From Hyphochytrium catenoides (Eukaryota; Protista; Hyphochytriomycota), in assembly GCA_900088475.1 (NCBI GenBank), contig FLMG01000154.1:182744-246743 (forward strand): a DNA stretch of 64,000 bases, given 5' to 3'. This document shows, piece after piece, positions 12,977 to 26,326 of this stretch. The notes below the pieces were generated by a model that saw only the letters and a program-made list of their open reading frames with translations, was not told where the DNA came from and did not search any database. The position numbers and the translations under genes are program-made. Position 1 is the first letter of the stretch. Every line of letters starts with the position of its first letter.

Positions 12977-15355
12977 TTTGACAGATACAGTAAAAAGACA
13001 TCAATGTCCTCTATGCGTCCTCTTTCTCTCTTCTCTCCCTTCGCTTTGAGTCTCTGTCCCATCACGCGTCTTTACTACTCTCTCTTTGTCTTTACTTCTC
13101 TCTTCAAAACCAGCAGCACATTTTACATAAACGGCTATCAGTTGTCAGGAGAAAAATCCAATTCTAGCCTTTCTTTCTTCTCGCAAAGCTTTTCTTTTTT
13201 TGCCCTGTCTTCTGACTTCCTCCCCTGTCTCTCTATCTCGAGCTTACACTTCTTTCCTTTCTGTCTCTACGCTCATCTCACTGCACGCCTCTGCAGACCA
13301 CATGCTTTCTCCTTCAGACGGTTCTGACAGCATCGTCGCGTCTCTCTCTTTTGCACTGCCTCGCAATAAGGATTGGTATATGATCTCGATCAGCCGTTAG
13401 CTTAACTTATCCTTGATCCTGTTCAAGCTTACACTTATGTAGTCCCTTGCGCTAGATTCAGAGTTCAAGGTCTTGGTCGCCAGATCTATTAAGCCTTGAG
13501 AATCCAAGCCAGAGTCTCCTTGAATATGAAAATCTCTAACTGAGAGTCAACATTTTTGTCTGGCTGTACAATCCCACCGCTAATAAGCTATGAAGCACTC
13601 ATCTTCGCAATCTGTCAAAAAGCAATAATGAGGCTCACATAGCCAAGTTCCAGCCATCTCCATCGCCTCTATCACTTGCTATTCCAATAACCTGGAAAAC
13701 AAACTTACTATTTCCGTAACATGCAAGTGCCATGACTCTTCTAAAGTGCCAATGACAGATCTCAACCGCGCTGCTGCTGATGATGAATAGAGTGTTCCTC
13801 CACCACTAGCAGCGTCAACTACAGCAGTGTCAAGGGTCAATCCTACTACCACTTCCGTCTTGGATATCGCTTTAGATGCTTTGCATGCACATGGACTTGT
13901 CCGTGGTGCTTCCATTTCTTCCCACTGTGCCACCTGTGGATGGGCCTGGTAGGCTGGACTATGTTTGGTGGCCTCCGATGATGACGAGGCTTTCGCAGAG
14001 TGGAAAGTCCACCTATCGCATACTCTGCAGCTTCGGAATGAAGTGATCCATAAGTCACTCGTCTTTCTGTCAGCACTGGTTCTTCTCTGCGCTATTGGCA
14101 TCTCTTCCCCCGTTCTTACATTGAAAGCTTTCTTGAGACTAGCTGCTGAAGTCTCATATATCCAATGCAGCAGGTCATTCCAGCTCCGAAGCAGAGCGAG
14201 AAAGAGTAGAGACGTCCCAATGACCAGTGCTCGTAGAAAGAAGACACACAGGGATCAGGGTAAGGCTTTACCGGCCAGATCAGATTCTCGGACGGCTCTC
14301 AACATTCTTCCCCATCTCCAAGGAGCAGTAGGTCCCGCATCGTCAGTAAGGTTGCCAAATGCTTTAGTGCCTTTTACTCTGGGCCTTTGAGGCCGTGGCC
14401 AAAGGACGCCGTCATTTGGGAGGAAGCGAAGCGTTTCCCAGCTCTAAGCGCCGTCCTCCCAACCATTATTCCTAGATGTTGCGGGTGATGATGTCGCCAC
14501 CCTATTCTCTACGCTGGTGTGTTCAGACGGAGGTAATATCCCTACAGCAATAGAATCATTCAGTCCCACACCGTCTTCCAGCCGTCGTTCACCTTTGTCA
14601 GCAGGAGAGGTAAACGAACGAGGCATGTGTTTAGCTCTCGCTTCTGCCAAAGGCGTCAGCGTACACTCTCTATCTCCGACCACAGAAGGACGAGGAATCT
14701 GAGAAGTACTTTGTCTTTTCTCAGCATCTACCGCGACAGACAAGGGATCACCCCTCGGCGCAGGACTTCTACTTGCTAGCGACCGAGGTGAATGACATCT
14801 TTCTTTCTATCCGTCATCAATTCTCATGTGCCTGGCCAGGGCTTTCTTCGGAGTGTGAGTTCCTCGGCTCAACACTTTTGACAAGTTCTCAGTTCTGACC
14901 TAACTCTTGAGGAGTGAGTATGTCTAACCCTTTCTGGAGCCATCTAAGTGAAAGATGCGTCGTTTGAGCTTCCCACCTTGGCCAAACTTGCGGATGATGG
15001 GAAACCCAGACGACGCACAGAGAACTATCGTGACCTTGCCGAAACCATCGACTTATCCAAGCTCTGCGCAATCCCAAGAGCGAGTCTCCGTTAAAATCAA
15101 TCTGAAAATCTTCGACTGATGAGGAATCAGTGTTACACGCTATGGGACCTGCGCGAATAACCTCTAACGGTCAGCACCGGCGCCAAGCGATACCTTTGCT
15201 GATGATGCTTTCCCTCTAAACCTCTACTTTCTACCAGTTCTAATCTCAAGGTAGTACTCCTTGCAAGAGGCAAGGTAAGTTAGGGACAACGCTGTGGAGC
15301 TTCTGAGATGGTGATCTAGGAGCAAGAAGCTGGCAGGAAGAAGCTGGCAGGCCGC

Positions 15356-18300
15356 ATGCGGACGGCAGAGCGCAGGAGGAAGAGGCACACAGAATCATCT
15401 CTCAGCGATTGCCTCTCTTCCGAAGAAGAGCTGGCTGCCTGGAGCACTTTGGACCCGGCACGGTTGAAGGCGACAACTCTTGCCTCAGCGGGGGAGCGCC
15501 ATGCCGTCGTTACTCTACTCTTGGGGCTCAGGTACGGTGCCAGAGGGCTCGTACGGCGGTACTCTTCAGATACCTGTAGATTAACTGCGATGCGCTTGCT
15601 TAGGCGGCAATGGTGCGCTGGGCTTGGGCCATTTGGAGGACGTGTCATCCCCTACCATTGTGCCCCTGGTAAGCAGTATGCCTTACTGTCAGGCTGTATC
15701 TCACCCCTGCCCATTTGTCATAACCTCTTCGATCCAACATTCATCCAGCATCTACCCTGAATATCACATCGTGACCTTAGGATCTCACCTGTCCTACATG
15801 CCCGTTCCTCACTACCTGTTTGGTATCCCCGCCCTCTTGAACTTACTCATCTTCCCTGCCCTTTTCCGTAGCCCATCGAGACCGAACTGACTGGGATCTG
15901 GACCAGTGGCTGTCATACCTTGGGTGAGTGCCGATAAGTGGGAGATACGCAGAAAGAGTGCTTCTCAAGAAAGAAGTGTAGGCAAGACAGGAGCGCAACC
16001 CCCTCGAACAGGTTTCTAATCAGAGGACCTAGCTGTGACAGGTGATAAGAGGAGACTGTTTGCATGGGGAGAGAACCTCTTGGGCCAAATAGGAGACGAG
16101 AAGGGAGCCGAAAGAGTCCTCGTCGCAACCTGCGTGATCACTTCAAGGCCTGAGGTCGTTTGCTTCATTTTCCTTCTCCTGCTGAACCGTTGTCCACGAA
16201 TCTTCTTCCAAGATCCGCTTACGGATAACTTTGCTACCCTCTCCTCCTCTCGGGTTCCAGCTCTTTGGGCACGCTCTATTCCTGTTTCCCCGGCCCTAAT
16301 AATCCTCCACTATTCTGTGGCAGCTGAGATGTTCCTCGCCCTCTTTCGGGCATTTCATCTGCTAGGACCCAACCTTTCGAGTTCAGGCAGTAGCTTGTGG
16401 CTGGCAGCATTCTTTGCTCGCCGTGACAAAAGACGACGGTCAGGTCGCGGTCTATATGAGTGGAAAGGGAACCCCTAAAGCGAAGCATGAGTCTAGACCC
16501 GAGCCTCTTCCTACCGGTATGTAGCACTTCTCTGTTAGTCTTCCATGAGCTCTCCTGGACCTTCGCTATCTTGCATTGTCTCCGCTACATCCGCAGCCGA
16601 ACTTCGTGGTCGGGATTTCTTCTAGATGTATGCTATTGTGCTTTCTTTGTTTTACTTGCAGACGCCCCTGCCTCCGCGCCAATAAATGCACTTGGCCTAT
16701 TCCTTCAGGTGAAGTTTCTCTTAAGTTTCATTGTAGTTCTATCCTTAAGCGCTTAGCCTGCGCCATCAGCGATAGATGCTGCTTACCTCTTTGCTGCGTA
16801 TCGTTTTAGTTTGGAGGAAGGTGCCATACCCTATATCGAACAGCGGTAGGCGCCAGATCTTGACTATAGCTTGTGGATGGAAGCACAGTCTGGTCAGCAC
16901 GTCAGACGGTGAGGTGAGGCGTCCCGATAGCGTAGGCTTGGTGTGATGCTTTTCAAGGACTTCTTAGGCTGCGGCAGAGAACAGCCAGAGCAAAGAGATC
17001 CCATAGAATGTCGAGAGGAATGGAATCAACTGATACCATGGGTAAAAGCTACAGGGAGTAAGACGAGGAGTTTCAGTTGACACCCAGAGGGATAAAGTTT
17101 TAGAGTATGCCCTGTCGGCCTGACTGCTGCTCCACAGGTGGTGGGCTGGGGAGGGAACCAAAAAGGGCAGCTGGGAGTCGACCCGAGAGTGTTTGGGGAA
17201 GTGGCTTCAGCAGACCCAATACTAGTGGAGACTTTGAAAGGAAAGACAGTTTGCAAAGTCTTCTGCGGATGGGAACATTCAGGCGCTATTAGTGATGCTG
17301 GGGAGGTGAGTGGTCCCTAAACAATAGTTGTTGTGCCAAGATGTGTGGATAGTGCTATAATGCTTGGATCTTTTGGCACATGGTCCTTCTACATCTCTCT
17401 TTTGATAACTCTCTTTCCAACTGCTAGCTTTCAGCTGTTTTAGTCCATATTGACTCGGATCCTCCACTCATGGCCACTGATAATACGTCCGAAGGTTTAT
17501 GTGTGGGGTAGCAACAAGTTTGAACAGCTCTCGTTGTCTCCTCATGTAAGAGCCGTCTACGTCTTATCAATGAGGCTTAGCTTGAGCCTTAGTAGTTCCG
17601 TCAGGGAGAAAGACCTGAGGTGCGGGTGAGGGCAACGCATGTGCCGCAGAAAATGACCTTCTCCAGGGAAGACAGAGTGCACATCATTGAGGTTCGTCCC
17701 TAACCTAACTGCTTTTCGTAGCTCGCTTTACTCCTAATGCTCAAAATATGAGGGTAGTGAGCGGAACTGCCTCGCGGCTTTTCCCTTGACAAGTACAACA
17801 ACCACGTCCCTTGGGTCTCTCTCTCCATCCGTATAGGCTTTAGCTCTCTGTTTCTCTCCTTTAATATAACGCGGACGGTCGCCAAGTATTGACCCTCTCC
17901 TATTTTGTCTTCCTCCAGGCGCGTAGTGGCTGGGATCACATTGTCTGTTTGGACAGTGCGAAGCGCGTTTGGAGTTGGGGAAGAGGTGATTTGGGCCAGC
18001 TTGGTAAGACCCTGGCCTGGCTGTTAGCCCGTTGTTCTTTTAATGATCTCTCCGCTGTCCATTCGGATATGTTGCGTCTCATCCCATTGTTCCTCTGCTC
18101 TATATATACGTATAATATAGATACCTCTTCCCCATTTTCTCTGCTGAAGATTGAACATATGACTTAGGAATCGGGAGCGCAGTTTCCTGCCGCAGCCCAC
18201 AGCTCGTCACTGAACTCTTGAGTCAAAATACTCTTACTCTGTCGTGCGGCTCCCATCACACCCTGGCAGGCAAGAACGAATAGCCCAAGAGGTGCTGAGG

Positions 18301-18721
18301 TCAGCCACACCACTCACTTTCTCCTTCCAGGGACGGCAGACGGCAGAGTGTTTAGCTGGGGATGGAATGAGCACGGCAATCTCGGTAGGATGGTGGATCT
18401 GAGTACTTCACACGCGTTAGGCCTTCTCTCAAAAACGCTCTGGGTTTTGCTTCGCTCCGTCCTTCATTACTTCCGTCGCCCTTTCTGGAACCTCCTCTTT
18501 GTTGGAGCGGAAACCCTATTCACCTAGATTGCTGGTTCTTCAACCCTCATTCTAACAGAGTCTGGTCCTCTTTCTAATGATTGCTCTTAGGCTATGGAGA
18601 GTCGTCGGACGCGATATCATCTCTTCCAAAAGAAGTATCATTTCCCCAATCCGTGGTGCATAAGAGCCTTATCAGTCTGGAGGCTGGGGCAGCCGCATCC
18701 TTCGCTCTTTTCGCCATCTAA
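15356..18721 (+). CDS. RCC1-repeat beta-propeller protein (SERGEF/ATS1/UVR8-like), multi-exon; start uncertain
   Basis: RCC1 repeats: SAGERHAV, LFAWGENLLGQIG, VACGWQHSL, IACGWKHSLV, VGWGGNQKGQLG, VFCGWEHSGA, YVWGSNKFEQL, RSGWDHIV-VWSWGRGDLGQLG, SCGSHHTLA, FSWGWNEHGNLG. Ends EAGAAASFALFAI*. Confidence 0.85.
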
Positions 18722-18799
18722 AGGCTCTCGCATGGGGGAGGACTGCAGTCTTACCACAATTGAACATCAGCAATGGACAACAAATAGTGGATGCACCAC

Positions 18800-19306
18800 T
18801 TAGTAGCTAGAGGCAGAAGGCGATATCTCTGCAAGCTCCCTCTCTAATTTAGCAATCTGCTCAGCTCTAGCGATTGTGGAAGCGGAGAAATCGCCCATGC
18901 TTTGTACAGAGATGAAAACAAAGAAGACAAACAGACTAGAGATCGGAGGGACTTCCCACAGAAGCTGCAGCGTAACAGTACTGCGTCCCCAGGCGCCAGT
19001 GCGGCACCCCAAAGAAGAACGCTCCCTATGGTAAGCGCGATCACAGCCTCTCTTCCTCTTCCTTGCCTGAGATACCGCCAGAGAAGGACGACCGACGCCG
19101 CTGAGGTCATCTGGCATAGCAGAACAGAGGCAAGCACCCCAAAGTTCTCTAAAGGCCTAGTGGACAGCGTCTTCCACGTTATGAAGGCCACATATAGCAG
19201 TATTGCCCAGCATAAATAACTAAGAAATGTCTGTCATAGTGCGTTAAAACGTGACAAGCTCCAGAAAGTGCTTGTTGGCTTACCGTCCATTGGCCAATGA
19301 AGACAT
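18800..19306 (-). CDS. Hypothetical small membrane protein (~3 hydrophobic segments, C-terminal coiled coil), 3 exons
   Basis: Phase-consistent model MSSLANGR|YLCWAILLYVAFITW...SVVLLWR|ERSS...PPISSLFVFFVFISV...RAEQIAKLERELAEISPSASSY*. No family recognised. Confidence 0.4.
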
Positions 19307-19829
19307 CCGTCTGAACCTTTGATGCTTGCAGATGGTCTAGGTAAAAGGGAAAGATGCGATGCCCTTAGATGCCGCAGCGGTAAAGCAACTATCAAAAAGC
19401 ACACCTTCCAACGTCTGTGATGAGGCTAACGTCTCGATGTCCTTCTCCCTTTGAGCTGCTCTTCTCCGTCGTGACCGTAGGCCCATTTCGCTAAAGGAAG
19501 GACCTCGGCTTCCGTGGCCCTTCTGCAAATGCAACTCCTCCTACTGGCTGTAGCTATAAAGAGCCGTCAGACCAGTCCACTAAAAAGAGAGTGTTACGAA
19601 GTCCTCAATGCCCCTCGTCTGACTCCTTTGCCTGCTGAGCTCTGTGTGTCTTGAAAACTCTGTACAGAAAGCTCCATCTGGATCTGCAGCTCTACTTCAC
19701 GCCCTCCCTTCTGATTCTGACGCTTACCTGTCCGTTACTGACTCTGAAGGGTTGGGCGTTAGCGGTACACCCCATTAAAGGTAGCGGGTAACCGTCATAC
19801 GAAAGAGCCAGACAAGAGAATGGAAGCAA

Positions 19830-22800
19830 ATGAGACAGAACGACGGAGACAGTGTCAAAGAGATACTTCTAGATGGTGACGCAGATAAGCCAGATTCTCC
19901 AATGATGTCCTCATTACAAATCGAGACAGAGATCGAGACAGAATGGGAGAGAGGTATAACAAATACCCCTCCATTCTCAAGAGACAGAGAAATGTCTCCA
20001 AAGGAACGTCTCACACGTGTTGACGGCAGAGAAAGGTAAGAACTCACATCTGCGGCCGGGTGATGATAGAGAAACTGATGGCAGACCACGGGTAGCACTG
20101 AAGGGGCATTCGGCCAGACTGTAAGAGAGAAGACGAAGAGCAGGGAGGAGCCGAGGACTGGGTGTGAGAAGGAAGAGAAACAGAAGACGCGCAGTGCAGC
20201 CGAAGTGCGCCGAAAGTGCTGTGTGCTTCCGTTTGGGACCCAACGAAGCAGGAAGACTCCACCACGGTTACGGATGTCTTTCTATGGGTCTTCATAGGCA
20301 GCCCGCACCATTCCTTTGTGTGCGATGCTTCCCCCTCATTCGACTAATTGGCATAGGCCAACAGGCCGGTTTGATGATTGAAGTGGGCCCAGGAACAAGG
20401 TGCACGGAGTCATGAGCCAGAGGTAGGAGACCCATTGTTAAGGCTCTTCTTACCATATAGTATCGTCTCTTAGTCAGCTTCTTTCCAAACTATGTGGGCG
20501 TACGGCCTTTGCCATCAGAGCTCCAACCCCCCCGTCCACACCTGTTGAAGGAGGGGTGCAATGGGACACTTCTTCGTTCGCCATCCCTGGCTCAGCAGAG
20601 CTCATGCAAGAGCTCATGACAAACGGTAGCTCTGGCCTGGCTGAGAGCCTACGCAAATCTCCCTTGTTTATGAGGCCTCCCCTATCCCAAAATGCAGAGG
20701 CGAAGAGTCCTCCCTTCATGGCGCTTGACCCACGATTCTCTCCTTCTCTTTCGCCACAAAAGGAAGGGAGGGAGGAAGTGCCTCATCTCGGCCTGTCTTT
20801 TGCTGACTTTGGAAGGCACATACAAGAGAAAGATAAGGGCAAAGACAGAGAAGATGTGAGAGCCTTCCCAACATCCTTTTTCTCAAGAGAAGCGAGCGAT
20901 GCCGACTCTTCCATAGTAAGGGAAGAAGTGGGACGGCCTCGAACTGCGTCAATGGAGGATAAGAACTATGGACTAGATGAACGACAGGTAAGTACGCGAC
21001 TGCTGATCGCTTAGGGGGGGNNNNTCTTCCTTCTAGTGCTCATCTCCATTGGCACCTCTTCACCTATGTGATATCTGTGTGGGCTCTGGTATACGGCGAG
21101 GGGTGACCCCATTGCTCCTCTTCCTTTCTGCCTGCGCAGCATCAGGGGGTACTCTCGTCTCTGTACTCTGATTTATTCAACGCCCTTACGATGCCTCCCA
21201 CGTCTCCTTACGGGTTGCCTCTCCTTGTATGCGCCACGGGGCAGACGCTCCTCGCTGATCTCAACTGTACTATTTGAAAGCCCCGAATATGTCTCTCTCT
21301 CCTCTTTCCTCTAAAGCTCTGCGAACCTTGTCTTAAAAGTCCACTCTTTTGCCCACGTCTTACCTTGTACTCTCTCTCTGGTCCTCCGGGCATGATCCGG
21401 GTATAGGTCTTGATTATCATTCTGCTGGCGCAGATTTGCGGGTTCTATGATCCCACCCCGAAGACATTTGTCCTAACTGTCCTTCGCTTCTATGACTCTG
21501 GGGTCATCGACTCCATCCAATTTCTGTTTGACCTTGGATTGCTGCCTGTGCACTTTGCTCCTCCTCCTGCTTCAAGAAATGGAGGTGACAGAGCTGAGAC
21601 ATCAGGGAGAAGTGATGGGATAGAGAAAAGGATTGGGGCTCAGCTAGTGGAGAGGAATGGCAGGCCTCCTGTCACGCATACCTTTATCACCATGATCAAG
21701 GCAGCGATAGAGGAGGATGCCGTCTCTTTCCAGGGCATAGAGCCTCTCAATATGTCTCGATATCAGAGGTAGGCACTCCAATTTATGCTTTCTGCCTTCT
21801 GGCTCCTTTACTCTCCCCGTAACTGTTCCCTTCCCGCTTCTCCTTTATTCGACACGATGTCTTTCGTAGCCTTGTTGGACCGCAGCGTTCTGCTCTTCCA
21901 TCTCAGTTCCATAATAGTCACGTACTTCCCTTCCTGTAGCCCGCCATATTGTAATGCTCTATCCTCGCTTTTTAGCACTATACATCCGTATAACTTTTAT
22001 GCCGTTCAGAGAGTTTGAGGAGCTGGAGCCTTTAGGTCGAGGAGGGTTCGGCTCTGTTCACGTGGCAAAGCATCGGCTGGATAGCAACCTCTACGCTATC
22101 AAGAAAATCTCGTTCCTTAATAGAGGGTACGACGCACATGAAATAGGAGGAGATGCAGGACGATGAGAGAAATAACAGGCTAACGGACATAGTTTACTCA
22201 GAGCGAGGGTCCGTCCAAGGAGAAAGTGCTTTGACAGAAAAGAGGGTGGAATTGAGAGCTGGTAGTACGAGAATTAGGACTGCAGGAGCTTGATATGCAT
22301 CCCTCCTTTGGTCTTTTTGCTCCAGGTATTCTTCACCCCTCGTTCAGCGAGTTCTAAGGGAAGTTCAATGCCTTGCATCCTTGGACCATGCAAATGTAAA
22401 CCGCTACTATTCGGCTTGGCTCGAGCCGACGTGGCTACCATCTGCTTCTCAGAGGCCACCGACTGGAAACGTGAGAGAAGGTAAAAATTCACAGTACAGA
22501 GAACGAAAAGACCTCGGCCGCAGAGACGTACATAATGGGAGTAAGGTGATGGTTAGACCAAATATGACAATAGCATCCAGCAAGCGAGCAAAAGCTTGAA
22601 GGATTGTTTGTGGGGCGGCAAACCGGAGATGAAGAATGGTTCCTCATCTGCTTCTTCCACGCTCGTGAAGTGTCCTCAAGCATGGAGGCTTTGGAAGCAC
22701 CTGGAGATCTCGTGGTGCCGGCTAAGGAACAAAGAATGTTGGTGGCGGACTTGGACAAAGTGGTGAGGACATTCCCTGGCTCCCTTTTCCTCCACTTTGG

Positions 22801-25453
22801 GCTTCTGCTGCCAGTGTATTGTCTGCTAACACTTTCGACGAAGAAACTTCTTGTAATCTCTCCTTTGATTGTCCGGGATCTGCGATCGTCCATGGACTGC
22901 GTTTAATATCTCGATGGCTCGCCTCGCGATTTTCTGTTCTAGGTGTATACAGAAGTACACAAAAGAATTCGACGCGTGGAGAGCGCCGAGACTTTGTTCT
23001 TTCCCGACGGACCTCGAGGAGGAAGGAGAAGAGGAAGGAGGGCCGTGGGTCTCGCCAACAGATTGGTCCTCCCCCCGCCGCACCATTTTTGGAGACAAAG
23101 GTTAGTTTATATGTTGATGGAACTCCAGACCGCTGGAATTAGCAATCAGACCCAGGAGGAAGGAATGAGATGACGTCGCAAACGGAGAACGGTGCGCCAC
23201 TCACAATAGGAGGCGTGGATGCTGAAAAATCCACCAATAGGCAGAATAGCGAGTGGAGGGAGAACTCAGCTTCCTGCTTGTAAGAACGCGATAGTCTCTA
23301 AGCATTGTTTCATCAGGACGCTAGACAAAGACCGGGACTCTTCCTGGGACGTCCGCACTGTAGACAGCTATGACAGCGCGTATGACCGAGATGAAGATTG
23401 TCAGTTTCTCTTCAGGAGATCCGTGGAAAGTGACTTCACGGAGGATCTGGAGGGCAAGAAAGAAGGAAGGATAATTTTTGATCAAGAGCAGGAAGAAACG
23501 AAGGGTGACGAGGAGGTAACAGCTCAGCAGGAGTTGGAAGGCCGACAAACCGCTTTAGAGCATCACAACTTAGAGGGCAGTGATGACAATCAGAACATTG
23601 AAGAAGTCAATCGCCTCCAAAACTTCAGGTGAGTTCATCAGGTCTAATGAGGCTCTAGGTGGGTTTTCCTCCTCGCTGCAGTCATGTACATTCCATTGAC
23701 CCGTATTCGCAACGGGCGATTGCTTCCGAGATAACTCCGCTCCTCCCCAGTCATAAAGGCGAACCTTGTGCCGGTCTGGCTTTTGGCACTTCTTTTCAAT
23801 ACAATGTAACTCTGTACATACAAATGTCATTGTGTGAGCGTCGGACTCTCCATGTACGCAATTGGCTGCTGTCTTCGGTCTTCTGTTCAGTCCCGCCATT
23901 AGGGTCTTTTCATTAACTGGTGGTTTCTTCGAGGGCCTGGTGCTTTCTTCCCCTCACAGTTGCATGGGCTTTTTCGGTACTTACTGTCTTGGGTCAATAA
24001 TCTTTGTCTGACTATGTAGGACTGGTTGGACGAGCGGAATCGTGATGGCCAGTGCGCGGTAGACCATCTACTTTCGCTGAAGTTCTTCAAGCAGCTAGTC
24101 AAGGGCCTCAAACACATCCACTCGCGAAGTATTATCCATCGAGACCTTAAACCCGCCAACGTGTTCATTGGGACGGACGGAGTCCTCAAGATTGGGGACT
24201 TTGGGCTGTCGAAGCTGCTGAGTACTAGTCTTTCGGATGGTGGGCCATCTGTCTTCCTCCTACCATCTCTCTTGCTGAAAGTGCCTATTAGTCTCCCTTA
24301 TGAGCGTATTTGTCCTCCATTTCCACTAGTACACATGGACCATGCTTGAGACGCCTGTCCTCACTATCAACTGGTCAACTGTCCTGCCCTTACGATTGTT
24401 CCTCCACTAATGTGTGTTGGGGACGCACTCCTCTTTGCGTAGATCTTGAACTGGATAGCAGGGGCTACCCTATCGTTGAAGGAGAGGATCACACTATTGG
24501 TAAGCAGTTACAAGGCAGGGAAGACTTTTATTACGCGGCACTGGGCAACTGGATGGTTATGCGGATAGGATCTCTCTTTCCTTGCCAGCTATCTAGCTTT
24601 TGCCTAGCTCTCAGCTCTCCCCCTCCAGTCTCTGTCGATGTCTCATATAACCTCCAACATTGGCAGGTGTGGGCACACAATCCTATATGTCTCCTGAACA
24701 GACAATAGGGGCACAGTACAGCTGTCTCTCTGACATCTACAGTCTGGGTCTCATCCTCGTTGAGCTCTTTGTCGCCTTTCCTACGCGTATGGAGCGTGCG
24801 AACTGCTTCAGAGATCTTAGAGGGCAGAGACCGGTCATACCTGAGGTAAACAGCGTTTCCTTGTGGTCTCCTCGCAGCTACGTGGATGGATTGGCGTACA
24901 CTTGCCCTAAGATCCGCGCTGGTCTAACGAGCATTCCTTCTGCTTTGTTGGCTAGCATGGGTGCTGCTATTGTCTCCATTGGTGGCACTAGATGTGCCCT
25001 ATCTTTCCGCGTTGCTTGCTTAATAGCCTACGACTCCTTCTTTTTTTCCTCTCTATCTCTCTACAAAGTGGTATCCTGCTAGATTTGCACTATGTCACCT
25101 TGGTACATAGACTTTACTTCTCCGTTCCTGGACTCTCGCCATTCGCACCCAACTTTTTATTTCTGGTCTCTTGTTGTTATTCTCCAACCTTGTAGGTGAT
25201 GAGACAGGATTTTCCAGCAATGGCGGAGATAGCACAGCAGATGCTGTCCCCGAACCCTTCGGAACGGCCCTCCGCTGCTCAACTTCTATGCTGTGGGCCT
25301 CTGAAGGAGAAAAGTGAGAGAATTCAGCTTTTGCAGAACGAGGTGCAGAAGCGAGACGCGAGGTTACAAGAGCAGGAGAGTATAATAGAGGAGCTCAGGA
25401 AACAGCTTGCAGAACTTAGCGGCACCGCAGCTCATGCCCTGACCCCACACTAA
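19830..25453 (+). CDS. eIF2-alpha kinase, HRI (EIF2AK1)-like, multi-exon; start uncertain
   Basis: HRI-type N-terminal helical domain (IIILLAQICGFYDPTPKTFVLTVLRFYDSGVID). SRYQREFEELEPLGRGGFGSV...YAIKKI; LREVQCLASLDHANVNRYYSAWLE; long acidic insert; TLYIQMSLCE (family signature); IIHRDLKPANVF; KIGDFGLS; HTIGVGTQSYMSPEQ; SDIYSLGLILVELF..F.T.MER; RPSA. C-terminal coiled coil (IQLLQNEVQKRDARLQEQESIIEELRKQL). No TM helix, dsRBD or RWD/HisRS domain seen. Confidence 0.9.
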
Positions 25454-26326
25454 TCAATCGCGGAGTGATCAACACTCTCAGCATCAGATAGAGGATAATA
25501 ACGAGGCGGATCACCCTCGTCTGCCAAGTAAAATGTTAAAATACATGGTCCGACTCATGATGTTAACGCGAATTTTCTTGTTGTCCCCTTTGACATTCCC
25601 AAAGACGCTTATGACGGGGTTATCCTCTTCAAACTATGGCAATGTCCTTCGCTGGCATCAACATCAAGAGTCAAGAGAAACGCGCAGTGACTTCTTCTTG
25701 AGCTCTCTTTCTTGGTCTCTGGACGGATGAGACTTCCTGGCGGTGAGGCGAATCTTTCTGCCTGCATTTCCATTATTGAGAAGTGTGTATCCTTTCAATG
25801 AATGGAGCTCACAAGAACGCCGTTTTGCCTTCAGCATACCTAGGAATCTATGGTAAGTAGAGCCAAAACAATGTTTTTGTTTTTATAAGCAAGGGCTAGA
25901 TTCACCAACGGTGAGTGGGGGAGAGAAGCGCTACCCCCTTCCGCCAATATTCTTTCGGTGGCGTCGCAGACCCCGATGGGCTGGGGGTAGAATCAGAATC
26001 AGAAGGATCTTCAAGCCGTGTAGGTGCGACATTCTGCCCATAACCGTGCAGCTGCTTTTTTGGAGCTCACTGAAGGAGTGCCAGGCCTTGTCCAGTGCCA
26101 AAAAGCTCAGCCTCGACAGCTCATCATTGCGGCATTTGCTTCCACGTCCACGAGGACCAAGTCTTTCTCTGCTTTTCGCCGTATCTGATACGGTCGTACG
26201 CCCGCTTTGTGGTGTTTGGATGGGCAGCCAATAGGCAGCTTACCGAGCCATACGGCCCAGCTCTGTCCGCTTTGCATTTTAAGCATGCAGATGCCGTAGA
26301 CAAAGAGAGCGGTAGTGAGAGTGGTG

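Noticed and set aside
13679-15077. Stop-codon reassignment, suggested by long frames broken by single stops
   Set aside because: Conserved genes in the window end normally in TAA, TAG and TGA, and long exons (31515-33210) contain no in-frame stops.
22580-22945. CP (heme-regulatory) motifs in the kinase insert (KCPQ, DCPG)
   Set aside because: One is in a frame incompatible with the flanking splice phases and the other lies in a predicted intron.
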